This document shows positions 10,249 through 22,259 of a DNA stretch of 64,000 nucleotides, one piece after another (positions within the stretch are counted from its first letter, which is position 1; the number at the start of each line of letters is the position of its first letter). The stretch is from Mytilus edulis (lineage: Eukaryota). The notes below the pieces were generated by a model. It worked only from the letters and a program-made list of their open reading frames with translations, was not told the origin of the DNA and searched no databases. The stretch spans positions 12,896,001 through 12,960,000 of the forward strand of contig NC_092350.1 of NCBI RefSeq assembly GCF_963676685.1. The letters are read 5' to 3'. The translations under genes were made by a program, and so were the position numbers.

Positions 10249-11908
10249 TTAATGTTTTTCTTTTAATTTTCTATGAAAATATGCTAGCGAATGCACATTA
10301 TCATCCAGCAAGTGTCTCTTGTCATCATATGGTGATAGTCCACTTTTCACAACCTTCACCATGTGAATCTGATGGTTGAAACTTCTCAAAGTGTACATAT
10401 GCGAGAGTAGTGGAGAACAATTGAACAAGGTGTTTTTATATTGTTCGAATCTAACATTTCGGGTTTTAATACCCTTTGCTACTACAGTTTCCTTGTCGTC
10501 TGCGGTGATAAAACTATACATTTTTGCTCTTAGTCCGATATATTCCACCATTTGAATGGACTTGCATTCATCTTTGAATAAACCAATAATCGATTTCCTG
10601 TCTTTGGTGTAAAGAGGGTGATCAGCTGGATAATTTGAAAAGTCATATAGCTCACTGTTTAACGACATGTCTCTATATATGTCATCAGTTCTCACATGCA
10701 TAATGAAACTGTCAGTATCTGTGTAACATAATGTTACATTCTCCTTGTATAGTTTTTTCATGTGGTTGTAGTAGTAATCAACCATGTGCGCCTTTGACAG
10801 ATCGAGAATCATTTGTCCTAGGTAAATTGGTTTGTTGAAGAAAATTTTTGTTTTGGTTTGTAGCACGCCGCACAAGTGGTCGTTGAATATCTTAAAGCTT
10901 TTAAATGATGATTTTGCAGTAAGTTTTTGAAACTTATCCCACCTATGACAGAGAGAGAAGTTGATATGTTTCCGCAACGATTCCATTGATTTACCGAAAA
11001 TAGCATTGTTGCCATTTTTAAAAAGTTTTTGCTCGAAATTGCTAGTAGCCTTTTTCCTCATTTCGGTATTGAAGTCAATATACTGTTTCAACCATGGACG
11101 CTGTTCAAATGAAACTATATTGTGAATCTTCTTCAAAACCAAACCTAGTTTGAGGTATAACTTTAGATTCACATAGTGCAAGATGTAATGCTTTTTATCT
11201 TTCAAAGTAGCTAGCAATTTGGTGCTCGGTTGGTATTCTTTCCCATCATCATTTGCTTGCTCATACAGATGACGTGAATGAGGTGAAAGCATTTCATTTG
11301 TTATCACTCCTTTTTCAACTGCAAGAGGAAAATCATTGTGAAGATCGTGTAAGTTATCTGGGTAATCCAAATCGCATTCAATGACATATCCGATGTCAGC
11401 GTTATTGGATACATTTAAGACATTGAAATCGTTTATTTCCTCTTCTGACAACCACTGGAATTTCCCCACAGCTAATGGCATGCTCATGCTTAAACCGTAT
11501 AAATTGTTCGCATCTACATACATCAAGTATGAAGTTGGTAAAGCTGGATCATAATTGCTCAAGTAGGGATTGTTTGCTTTTGCATGTCTGCAGCTCACCA
11601 TTGTTAAACCTCCTCGTATACTCTGCTCAAAGAAGAGCCACATTGTAGGATCTGTCAATAGCTCAAGTCTCACACCAGTCATTTTCAATGCAGATTGCCA
11701 GGAAAGCCCTGGAAGAGTGTAATAATTTGCAGGGTCGAGGGAATAGTTCGTTATCCACTTCTTCCTGAAAGTTTCAAATACATCAGCTAATAATAGAACG
11801 TCAGTTTTTAGATAAAGATCGTGATATTCGCCTATATTCTTAATATTCATTTGATTCCATACCCGTTGCGCATGTTCATACTCGGTTTGACTAATTGTTT
11901 TCTCTGAT
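10249..11908 (-). other. Duplicate 3' part of pPolB, cut by the assembly gap
   Basis: Same translation as 16351..18010; ends at the N run. Confidence 0.9.
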
Positions 11909-12008
11909 NNNNNNNNNNNNNNNNNNNNNNNNNNNNNNNNNNNNNNNNNNNNNNNNNNNNNNNNNNNNNNNNNNNNNNNNNNNNNNNNNNNNNNNNNNNN
12001 NNNNNNNN
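11909..12008. other. 100-N scaffold gap
   Basis: Run of 100 N. Confidence 1.
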
Positions 12009-13982
12009 GAACAAAACAAGATTCACCATTTACAATGATCCAAAGAAAAGAAAAGAGCATATCTAGAAATTTGCAAAACAAAAAACTTTGCTTAAAACAT
12101 TTTTATCAACTATTAATTATAAAAGATGGTAATCCACAAGCTTCAATCTCAAATCTTATCAAATGAAATATTTACACATGGGAAAAATTAGCTAGCTGCA
12201 AAAAAGTCATGAGCAAAACAATTAACTACGATCCAAAGAAAAGAAAAGAAAAAAGTAGCATGTAGGGGGAAAAATAGAGAGAGAGAGAAAAAGGAGATAT
12301 GATCCACCATTGAAAATATGATCCAAAGAAAAGATGATCCAAAGAAAAGAAAAAAGTCGCTTATGTTCTAACGAAGGAAAAAATAGAGAGAGAGAAAAAG
12401 GAGATAGGATTCACCATTGAAACTATGATCCAAAGAAAAGAAAAAAGGTGTTTTAACGATGAAAAAAATTAGAGCGAGAGAGAGAGAGAAAAAAAAAGGA
12501 GATAGTAATGAGATGTAAAAATAATCGTCAAAATCCAACTCGATTTACCATTGAAAATATGATCCAAAGAAAAGAAAAGAAATTAGGTTTTGTTTTAATG
12601 AAGGAAAAATTATATATAGAGAGAAAAAATAGTAATGAGATGTAAAAAATAACCATCAAAATCCGGTTCGAACAAATCTATAATATATAATTGATCTTAA
12701 ATAAAAACAATCAAAATTTATTGAGTAATGATCACTTTTCAAATTTGAAAGGTGATAAACACTTTATATTTAAACTGATGAACTAAGATTTAATGTAAAC
12801 AGAAGGTGTATTATCCAAATACTGCCGCAATATTGGAGATCAATCTGACATGAAAAATCGCGATCGGGACAGATCTACACTGAAATTACATATGAATTAA
12901 TAAAATGGTGTAACATGGATAATGGAAGGTTGGCGAGCCTTTAGGAGTAAATAAGTGTTGGAAACTATTATTCATAATTTAATGAAACGGAAGCTTTATT
13001 CCTTTATTAACGCGGTACACTCAATTCTATCATAAAGCGATAAAAATGATGAACCAGGTTGAGTACATGAGGGGATTTGGTGGAGAAGTAGAGCGGGCTG
13101 AGTTGAATTTTGGAAGAAAGAAGAACATTGCGGTTACACCGTACAAGGGATATGTTTATATCCACATAGGCAGTTTAACAAGTAGCAGAAGCATAACTCT
13201 TGGGACTGATGAGTTTAAAGAGCTATGCAATCTGAAGCCAGTTCTTTTAAAAGCTGAGGCAGAAATAAAAAAACAGGTTAGTGATTTCTAATATTTAGCA
13301 GTAAATATTTACATGAACATATAGCTAAATTATTATCGTTCAGCAGCAAATAGTTGAGCGTGATATATATTTTATTCTCTAAGAAATAGGAGCGATCTAC
13401 AAAATTATTTTAAAGTAAGATATTGCGAGTGTTTAATAAAAGCACCAGCTGCAGATGTTTCACCTTATATGTTTTTTCGTAAATTTCACTACTGCTAGTA
13501 AGTACACATAATTTTCAAAGTTATTGAAAGCGAGTAAAAACTATATGATAAACGTTCTAATTATCCTTCAACAGCAAATAATTGAACATAAATATATACT
13601 TTATAGGTTTAATATACAACAAACGTTTTAGTTAAAAGTAAGTTATTGATAGAGAGTATTTACAAGCGGCTTGCGTTCAGCTGCAGATATTTCACTTGTT
13701 TCTGGGTTGATTTCACCACTGTTAGTATTAATTTCAAAGTTATTGATAGCAAGTAAAAAATGTTTTGATAAACGTTCAGTTGCAGATATTTCAACATTTT
13801 TGTTTCTAGGTAAATTTCTCAACCGCTAATAAATACGAATTTCTTTCCCACAGCAAACGTTGATTTATATGATTTCTTACACGTTCAATTGTTTTTATTA
13901 TATATTAATTTTTTTAGCTGCAAAAAACCTAGCAGGAAAAAGAAGGTTATAGTTGTTGAAGAGGAAGAAGAAGAAGAAGAAG

Positions 13983-14014
<32 letters not shown>

Positions 14015-14160
14015 GAAGAAGAAGAAGTAAAAAAAGTTACTTTGAAAAGAAAGGTAAAACAACTTTTGTTTTTTTTTTTCTATGTAAATCAAAATAAGTA
14101 GTTATAATTTTCAAGTTTATGAATTTAAAGTAATTATCCAATTAAATGTACCATAAAAAG

Positions 14161-14193
<33 letters not shown>

Positions 14194-17100
14194 AAACATT
14201 GAAATAACTTTAAAATTTTAAGATGATTTTCTATATTATGATATTCTTATTTTAGAGAAAGGTGATTGCTATCAGCGATAGCGATGAGGAGGCGGGAGTG
14301 TCAGAGTCGGACGTCAGAAAGGTGATTGTTGCAGCAGAATCTGGCCCGTTCAAGGGGCTAAAGAAGAAAAAGAAAACAGCTGGAGCTGGATTCATACTTT
14401 CTGAAGCAGTTGAAGATGGCGAGTGAAGATAACACCAGTAAGTGATCAAATTTTTATTCTGTTTCTAATATGTTCTTATATACAATAGTTAGGATAGAAA
14501 TCATTTATAACTTAGCAACATTTTTCCAATCAAAGATTGATTTATCAATATGTGAAATACTCGCTTTAAGATAAAACCATTGCCTTTGATTTAAAGCGAT
14601 TTCATTTCTAAGAGGATCATTTCTCAATAATACAAACAGTTCACTATTCAATATACATGTATTTACAAAAATATCTTCAGATAAAGCAAAAGTGTCCATT
14701 TTATTACAAAATAAATCGTTTCCGCTACTGTTTCGTTTAACATCATCAGATATGAATGGAGGATCATTTTCACTGTTTAATGGCCCATTTATTAATATAA
14801 CTGCTAGAGTTATCGAACAGAATAACAATCCGACAATTTTCATCTTTGCACCAAGCCAGTGCAGTTGTGGAAACTGGTCACTGATTTCAGCTGTATCCAT
14901 ATTGATAAAATTGTAATCATGCTCATCTGTCATTTTAAGTGAATATTCTTCCACATTTGCACTACTCAATTCATCCTTTTCATTTATTTTAGAAATCTCC
15001 ATTATGAAATCCAATTTCTTAATACAGGTGTCGCACTTTGTTCATTTGTTTTCATGCATGTATCTGTAGATTTATGATGTGAAAACTATTTTACTAGAGT
15101 TTATGTATCTTATTTATTTCTTTTAGCCAATCAGAACAGAAAAAGGACAATGGGAGAAGAAGTAGAAAAAAAGACACTGAGTGAAAAACGAAAGCGGTCA
15201 GCTCCACCTTCATTAAGAACTTTATCTGTTGCATGTATTTATAATAAATTAACAACAAAATGTGATATTCAAATGAGAGATTTTTTTTGTAAAATTCCCT
15301 CACCAATTTTAATTATTTTTATGGATTATGCAGACTTTCAATTTGTTTTAAATCCTGGATTTGCCGAATTAGATGTGTTTAATGCTGCCGAGGAAATTTT
15401 TGATCAAAGATATCAATTAAATAAAATGATAAGGGAATGCAGCCATTTCACATCTGAAGAGATATTCATTCATTTAAAGAACGTCCCAGGGTCTGTTTTA
15501 AATTCACTCGGACTTTCGTTCAATAGGGAGAACTTTTCCGATATTTTAAGGAAAATATTAAACATGCGATTTTCACGTGTTTAATTTACCAAAGAATATG
15601 TCTCATATATTTTAATCTAAAATTTAAGAAATTTATTTGTAATATTTTCATCGTGTTTGAAGGTCTTTTTCCCCATTGCACAATGTATTTCACTGGTGCG
15701 TTTGAAGGTGTAATTCCCCATTTTCATAATTGTGTTTAATTTACCAAAGAATATGTCTCTTATATTTTAATCTAAAATTTATTTGTAATATTTTCATCGT
15801 GTTTGAAGGTGTTATTCCCCATTGTCCAATGTATTTCACTGGTGTGTTTGAAGGTGTTATTCCCCATTTGAAGGTGTTATTCCCCATTGACATAATGTTT
15901 GAAGGTGTTATTCCCCATTGTTCTAATGTTTGAAGGTGCTATTCCCCATTGTTCTAATGTTCGAAGGTGTTATTTCACATTGTCCTATGTTTGAAGGTGT
16001 TATTCCCCATTGTCCTATTGCCTTAATGTTTGAAGGTGTTATTCCCCATTGTCCTATTGTCATTATGTTTGAAGTTTGTTTGAAGGTCCATTTGGGTTTT
16101 AAAGTTATGTATTTTCATTGGGGTTTTTAAGTTAAAGTCGCCATTTTACCATGCTACTCCCCATTGCCCTATGTATTTCACTTCCCCAGGTTGATAGCAA
16201 ACGGATAAAACTTAAATATGTTGATATATTTTATTATAAAATCATATATTTATTTACATGAAATAAAATATTATATAATTATTGTACAGTGTGTTTTCTT
16301 TTTCTTGAATTTATTACGGATATGGATTTTTTTTTCAATTTACAATTGTATTAATGTTTTTCTTTTAATTTTCTATGAAAATATGCTAGCGAATGCACAT
16401 TATCATCCAGCAAGTGTCTCTTGTCATCATATGGTGATAGTCCACTTTTCACAACCTTCACCATGTGAATCTGATGGTTGAAACTTCTCAAAGTGTACAT
16501 ATGCGAGAGTAGTGGAGAACAATTGAACAAGGTGTTTTTATATTGTTCGAATCTAACATTTCGGGTTTTAATACCCTTTGCTACTACAGTTTCCTTGTCG
16601 TCTGCGGTGATAAAACTATACATTTTTGCTCTTAGTCCGATATATTCCACCATTTGAATGGACTTGCATTCATCTTTGAATAAACCAATAATCGATTTCC
16701 TGTCTTTGGTGTAAAGAGGGTGATCAGCTGGATAATTTGAAAAGTCATATAGCTCACTGTTTAACGACATGTCTCTATATATGTCATCAGTTCTCACATG
16801 CATAATGAAACTGTCAGTATCTGTGTAACATAATGTTACATTCTCCTTGTATAGTTTTTTCATGTGGTTGTAGTAGTAATCAACCATGTGCGCCTTTGAC
16901 AGATCGAGAATCATTTGTCCTAGGTAAATTGGTTTGTTGAAGAAAATTTTTGTTTTGGTTTGTAGCACGCCGCACAAGTGGTCGTTGAATATCTTAAAGC
17001 TTTTAAATGATGATTTTGCAGTAAGTTTTTGAAACTTATCCCACCTATGACAGAGAGAGAAGTTGATATGTTTCCGCAACGATTCCATTGATTTACCGAA

Positions 17101-18010
17101 AATAGCATTGTTGCCATTTTTAAAAAGTTTTTGCTCGAAATTGCTAGTAGCCTTTTTCCTCATTTCGGTATTGAAGTCAATATACTGTTTCAACCATGGA
17201 CGCTGTTCAAATGAAACTATATTGTGAATCTTCTTCAAAACCAAACCTAGTTTGAGGTATAACTTTAGATTCACATAGTGCAAGATGTAATGCTTTTTAT
17301 CTTTCAAAGTAGCTAGCAATTTGGTGCTCGGTTGGTATTCTTTCCCATCATCATTTGCTTGCTCATACAGATGACGTGAATGAGGTGAAAGCATTTCATT
17401 TGTTATCACTCCTTTTTCAACTGCAAGAGGAAAATCATTGTGAAGATCGTGTAAGTTATCTGGGTAATCCAAATCGCATTCAATGACATATCCGATGTCA
17501 GCGTTATTGGATACATTTAAGACATTGAAATCGTTTATTTCCTCTTCTGACAACCACTGGAATTTCCCCACAGCTAATGGCATGCTCATGCTTAAACCGT
17601 ATAAATTGTTCGCATCTACATACATCAAGTATGAAGTTGGTAAAGCTGGATCATAATTGCTCAAGTAGGGATTGTTTGCTTTTGCATGTCTGCAGCTCAC
17701 CATTGTTAAACCTCCTCGTATACTCTGCTCAAAGAAGAGCCACATTGTAGGATCTGTCAATAGCTCAAGTCTCACACCAGTCATTTTCAATGCAGATTGC
17801 CAGGAAAGCCCTGGAAGAGTGTAATAATTTGCAGGGTCGAGGGAATAGTTCGTTATCCACTTCTTCCTGAAAGTTTCAAATACATCAGCTAATAATAGAA
17901 CGTCAGTTTTTAGATAAAGATCGTGATATTCGCCTATATTCTTAATATTCATTTGATTCCATACCCGTTGCGCATGTTCATACTCGGTTTGACTAATTGT
18001 TTTCTCTGAT
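12009..18010. other. Second copy of 5909..11908 (accessory genes at 13046-14426, 14505-15002, 15150-15584; repeat array ~15655-16090)
   Basis: Offset 6100-6103; the differences I could see are almost all homopolymer-length changes. Confidence 0.92.
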
Positions 18011-20154
18011 AAATTGCTGTAGAATTTGTCTATAGAGGGTAATTCAGTTTCATTGAACCTTGCTGCATTGTCAATGTATTCGTAAGGATATGTTCCTTTT
18101 TTCAACAAAAGAGCAATCCGCTTATCATCATCAAATTCTTTTGTAAAATGTTTAAATGTTTCTTTCGGATTCTCCTTAGACATTGACGATACCAATTCCT
18201 CTAGTGAACAATTCAAAAACTGGTATGAATCGATAAAGCGCAGATTGGATAGGTTGAAACTGATGTACTTTTCTGCATTCGTGGCTATGCAGCCAATTTC
18301 TTCACTCTTGAAAATACCTATCGAGGAACAGATTAAATGTGCATCAAACTGTTTCAGGTTATGAAATATAACTGGCACGAATGTGTGTTCTTTAAAATTA
18401 AGATTGCAATCTCTGCATGAAGCGCCACGAAATTTACCTGAAACATGTGCATGGTCTCGAACGCGGATAGTGGAATCTGTAAATTCTTCCATGCAAATGT
18501 GGCAATGTGTACTTGATTGAAAATCTTCCTCATCTTCAACAGTCATGCACAAGGGTTCAGGATTGTTCAAAATAGCCTTTATACGTTTATTTTCGTCAAG
18601 AAGACTATGAAGGAAGTGTTCACTAACATTTTCACCTCTATATATTTTAGGTGGTTGAGTGTATCTGTCATCGATGCAAACAACTTGATAACCGTACCCG
18701 CATGGTATCAACTTTGTTAATTTCGTTGTGCTGGTTCGATTATCTTCTGGCTCTTCAGTAACCATAGGTTCGCAAAATGTTTCCATGTCAGCATAAATAA
18801 CAAATGATGTTTGTAACTGTTTGGCGTGATCTTGAAATGTTAGTATATCGTCTACCCCCTTGGTGGGATATGTCACATGTTGAGCTTCAAATTTTGAGCA
18901 GTATTTTATATGTTTCTCTAAAGTATGTTCACTGGTGAAACCTGATAAACAGAATCTGCAATACTTATGACTGCGTCCCAAGCATTTTGTTCGATATAAA
19001 AGTCTATTGAGATCTGTAATCAAACACCAGTGACTTTTATTCCCACTTTTCAAATACAATAAGTCAACTTCATGATGAGCTTCTCTTAGACCTGTTACAT
19101 GGAGGGGGAAAAATTCACCCTCTTCAAATCCTAACACCATTACTGAAATGTTATTCTGCCTTTCAAATTTACTCACAAATGATGGTGCAACGGGCAATTG
19201 TATACCTTCCATGTTCAATTCATGTTCATATGGGATGTAGTGATGCACTTTAGAAGGGTCACCTGAACACGTAGGATGTATGGATGCTATAATAGCATAT
19301 ACAAAACATTTTTCATCTAAGTTTCTTATGTTGAGTAACGCTCTGGTTGCAGCAAGAGTTCTTGGTAGGGGTATATACGATCCACCGCCTAAAGGTTTAT
19401 ATTTAGCTGTATTAATCTCAATGTGTTTAATATGATCTAATGACCAACCGCTCCCATTTCGTATATACTCATCAAAACTTTTGAATATTTTTTGATATGT
19501 CACATTAATATCATGTTCATCATCTATATTTGCTCTATCAACTAGATTCGATGTCTTCGAGATAAAATGTGCATTATTCTTTAAATCATTACCACCTTCA
19601 CCTCCATTCGGCTTGATCATTTGCACAAGACAATTCATATACCACTTAATATGACCGAGTTCATCACACATCTCTTGTAAATGAGTTTTTACCTCATGCT
19701 TAATTCCAGATAAAAATGCTAGAAGATCATACTTTTCCCCATTATCCTCATTCGGATAAATGAAACGAGCTCGTGCTATTCCCAAGAGAGCAGACTTATC
19801 CACACTTTTATGTTTGATTGTAGTATGTGAATTTGAATCAGTGTTTCCTGAACCAGTCTGATAAGTTGTATGATCGATGTTGCTATGTTTAAACAAATTT
19901 TCCGCTGAATCAAAATGTCTATCACATTGTCGACATGGAAATGTACAACTGTTTCTCTGGTGTCTCTTCAGTTTGGAAGGGTGATCAAACAGAAGTTTAC
20001 AATAATAACATGAATAGACCTTAACCGTAAGATTTGATCTGTTGTCATTATCAACACTCAATCGATCATTTAACTCTCGCAACTGCTGTTGATATTGAGG
20101 GTTACTGTCAGGATAAAGACGCAATAAATCCTCGCAGAAATGATCATCAGCCAT
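16351..20154 (-). CDS. polB: Protein-primed family B DNA polymerase, 1267 aa, with C2H2 fingers, vOTU-like domain and EndoVII-like insert
   Basis: ExoI IYADMET, ExoII FHNLKQFD, ExoIII YLKTDVLLLAD, motif A YVDANNLYG, motif B KNGNNAIFGK, motif C YTDTDS. Confidence 0.97.
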   Translation of the reverse strand: MADDHFCEDLLRLYPDSNPQYQQQLRELNDRLSVDNDNRSNLTVKVYSCYYCKLLFDHPSKLKRHQRNSCTFPCRQCDRHFDSAENLFKHSNIDHTTYQTGSGNTDSNSHTTIKHKSVDKSALLGIARARFIYPNEDNGEKYDLLAFLSGIKHEVKTHLQEMCDELGHIKWYMNCLVQMIKPNGGEGGNDLKNNAHFISKTSNLVDRANIDDEHDINVTYQKIFKSFDEYIRNGSGWSLDHIKHIEINTAKYKPLGGGSYIPLPRTLAATRALLNIRNLDEKCFVYAIIASIHPTCSGDPSKVHHYIPYEHELNMEGIQLPVAPSFVSKFERQNNISVMVLGFEEGEFFPLHVTGLREAHHEVDLLYLKSGNKSHWCLITDLNRLLYRTKCLGRSHKYCRFCLSGFTSEHTLEKHIKYCSKFEAQHVTYPTKGVDDILTFQDHAKQLQTSFVIYADMETFCEPMVTEEPEDNRTSTTKLTKLIPCGYGYQVVCIDDRYTQPPKIYRGENVSEHFLHSLLDENKRIKAILNNPEPLCMTVEDEEDFQSSTHCHICMEEFTDSTIRVRDHAHVSGKFRGASCRDCNLNFKEHTFVPVIFHNLKQFDAHLICSSIGIFKSEEIGCIATNAEKYISFNLSNLRFIDSYQFLNCSLEELVSSMSKENPKETFKHFTKEFDDDKRIALLLKKGTYPYEYIDNAARFNETELPSIDKFYSNLSEKTISQTEYEHAQRVWNQMNIKNIGEYHDLYLKTDVLLLADVFETFRKKWITNYSLDPANYYTLPGLSWQSALKMTGVRLELLTDPTMWLFFEQSIRGGLTMVSCRHAKANNPYLSNYDPALPTSYLMYVDANNLYGLSMSMPLAVGKFQWLSEEEINDFNVLNVSNNADIGYVIECDLDYPDNLHDLHNDFPLAVEKGVITNEMLSPHSRHLYEQANDDGKEYQPSTKLLATLKDKKHYILHYVNLKLYLKLGLVLKKIHNIVSFEQRPWLKQYIDFNTEMRKKATSNFEQKLFKNGNNAIFGKSMESLRKHINFSLCHRWDKFQKLTAKSSFKSFKIFNDHLCGVLQTKTKIFFNKPIYLGQMILDLSKAHMVDYYYNHMKKLYKENVTLCYTDTDSFIMHVRTDDIYRDMSLNSELYDFSNYPADHPLYTKDRKSIIGLFKDECKSIQMVEYIGLRAKMYSFITADDKETVVAKGIKTRNVRFEQYKNTLFNCSPLLSHMYTLRSFNHQIHMVKVVKSGLSPYDDKRHLLDDNVHSLAYFHRKLKEKH

Positions 20155-20185
20155 GACAATTGTGATATCAATAGCACTTTCAACG

Positions 20186-20196
20186 TTTTATATATA
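20186..20196 (-). promoter_or_regulatory. TATA box candidate for pPolB
   Basis: TATATATAAAA on the minus strand ~32 bp upstream of the pPolB ATG; AATAAA signals near 20250 could end the upstream structural transcript. Confidence 0.5.
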
Positions 20197-20394
20197 CTAC
20201 GCGATCGTGGACTAGAACTAATAGGCGAACATATGTTATCTAAATATTTATTTTATTAATTAAATTTAAAGGTACACAGTGTAAATATACAAATAGACAA
20301 TATATTATATACATATATAAATATAGACAAATTTAAAGAAAAATACAAGTGATTGATTGAAGTCTCCAATAGTTTTAAATAATCCACTTCTTCA

Positions 20395-20790
20395 TTACAA
20401 ATGAAATGATAACCATTTACTCTTTAATCTTTTGCGATTTTGCGATTTTTCCACATTTCTTAAGAATTTTTCAGGAGACATCTTGATAGCTTTACCCTCT
20501 GCTGCACCATCATATTCATCAACATCCATCCTATTTTCCTCTTGATTGTCTGATTTTGATCGATCTACAGTTTCTTTTAAATTTTTCAATTCTGTTTTTT
20601 GCAAAACCTGACCACTACCATGTTGTTTGGTTACATCTTCTTCTAGGTTTATTTCTGTTTTTATACTGTCACTATTTTTACCATCATATTCCTTTTCTTT
20701 TTCTTTCACATTAACAATTTCACATTGGTTGGACATATTCATCAATCTTTCATATTTCTCCTTGGGTAATAGTATTAACTCCCGAGTCAT
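20395..20790 (-). CDS. Polinton small charged protein, 131 aa
   Basis: N-terminal ELILLPKEKY, internal QHGSG, C-terminal KSKWLSF; in the structural gene block. Confidence 0.7.
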   Translation of the reverse strand: MTRELILLPKEKYERLMNMSNQCEIVNVKEKEKEYDGKNSDSIKTEINLEEDVTKQHGSGQVLQKTELKNLKETVDRSKSDNQEENRMDVDEYDGAAEGKAIKMSPEKFLRNVEKSQNRKRLKSKWLSFHL

Positions 20791-21091
20791 AGTATTTGAA
20801 AAAAGATGATATCAATGTTGGAATAATAACAATTATCTTCAGTAAACGTTTTCTCCTCAACTGAGGTGTTATATTATTAACTACCACAGCACGAATGAAC
20901 TTTGCAAAAGTTGAAAGATTCCTTTTAACCCTCTCAGACAATGGTATGACGCTTTTTAGACAGTTGAATACTATTTCTACTAATAGTTGTAATTGTCTGT
21001 GGTCCGTGCTTTTTATGATTTGAGCAGATTGTTCAGGTGTAGTGTTCGCCAATAATTTAAGGAAGCTTCTACTTGATTCTTTTAAAATCAT
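20750..21091 (-). CDS. Polinton small basic helical protein, 113 aa
   Basis: LVEIVFNCLKSVIPLS pattern resembles a small ORF common in Mavericks; ATGA overlap with the ATPase stop. Confidence 0.7.
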   Translation of the reverse strand: MILKESSRSFLKLLANTTPEQSAQIIKSTDHRQLQLLVEIVFNCLKSVIPLSERVKRNLSTFAKFIRAVVVNNITPQLRRKRLLKIIVIIPTLISSFFKYYDSGVNTITQGEI

Positions 21092-21738
21092 TTTGGTTGA
21101 TAAACAATCGTGTCCTCCCCCGGAAAAGGATTTGCGCGCAACTGATATTCAGGGTTTGAACCTGGTGCTATATCCACTATCAAGCAATTGTATGGTCTGC
21201 TAATTGCACGTTGGTAAACGTCCATGAAAAAGCGAACTTGACCTGGAAACATTTGTCGAGCTAAAGATTGTATTTGCAGTGAATCTCTACCATTTTTGAA
21301 AAGAAAAAAGACGTGAGAATTCAAACTGATTGATCGCATAACCTTCCCCTTCTGATATAAATTTTGTAGTATAAAAATAATTGATGTTAAGGTGTGATGA
21401 CTTAAAACGCAATAAATCTTCTGCATCAGTTTACAGTCCACTACTTCATCCATTTTATCATCAATGATCCATAATGTGTGTATATCCTTATCAACAAGAA
21501 AATCACTTTCATCAGGCAGTTCCAGTTGAAATGAAATGTTGGAGACAGTTTTTTTCAATTCATCGAAGACATCTTGCCATATGCTGTAACAGTAGTATAT
21601 CTTCTGAGGTGGTATTGTAAACATTTCCTGAGCGTTCTCTAATAATCTTTTAATGTATGTAGTTTTTCCTGAACCCGTTGGACCGACACATATTGAAGTC
21701 ATGGGTGTTTGAAATTTCACCAAACTCATGATGATCAC
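21088..21738 (-). CDS. FtsK/HerA (A32-like) genome-packaging ATPase
   Basis: Walker A GPTGSGKT, Walker B LWIIDD, SHH and ILQN motifs. Confidence 0.95.
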   Translation of the reverse strand: MIIMSLVKFQTPMTSICVGPTGSGKTTYIKRLLENAQEMFTIPPQKIYYCYSIWQDVFDELKKTVSNISFQLELPDESDFLVDKDIHTLWIIDDKMDEVVDCKLMQKIYCVLSHHTLTSIIFILQNLYQKGKVMRSISLNSHVFFLFKNGRDSLQIQSLARQMFPGQVRFFMDVYQRAISRPYNCLIVDIAPGSNPEYQLRANPFPGEDTIVYQPK

Positions 21739-21791
21739 CTCTTGCTCGAATGATGATTGTTACCATGTGTCTCATCATTTTAAACACTTTT

Positions 21792-22259
21792 TCATATGCA
21801 GTGTGAATAGGTTTTACCAATCACATTGAAAACAAAGATGTCGTTTGCTTGATGATTATCACTGAAAAAATCGTGAATGTTAGTTAGATCATACTCTCTA
21901 CATAAGAGTGATAAGATGAAAATGCAATATTGACCGCATACTGATGAATTCTCACTCTGTAATCGTTTTTGATTTATTTCCAGAGATATCGCATTGTGTT
22001 CAAAGAATTTTAAGAAGTGACGTGAATAATAATCGGGAGAGTGTGCGAAGCTGTCGAAAAATATCCCTCTTCGTTCCTCATTTATGAAAAAGGCGATCCA
22101 GTGTGCACCATTCTCAAAATGATTTTCAGTGTTACAAATAAATCCCATGGGTCGATTTCTCACTATCTTAGGTATCTGATCTGCTGCAAATATACCAACA
22201 ATTTTATCCTTCATTAGTTCATCACAATTAATCATACACTCCAATTGCATAGTGTTCAT
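21792..22259 (-). CDS. Adenain-like cysteine maturation protease
   Basis: His GAHW, Asp FFDSF, oxyanion Gln RLQ, Cys VCGQYC. Confidence 0.93.
   Translation of the reverse strand: MNTMQLECMINCDELMKDKIVGIFAADQIPKIVRNRPMGFICNTENHFENGAHWIAFFINEERRGIFFDSFAHSPDYYSRHFLKFFEHNAISLEINQKRLQSENSSVCGQYCIFILSLLCREYDLTNIHDFFSDNHQANDIFVFNVIGKTYSHCI

Noticed and set aside
10249-12081. Second, shorter polymerase gene (610 aa)
   Set aside because: The ORF runs through the N gap; it is the duplicated 3' part of pPolB.
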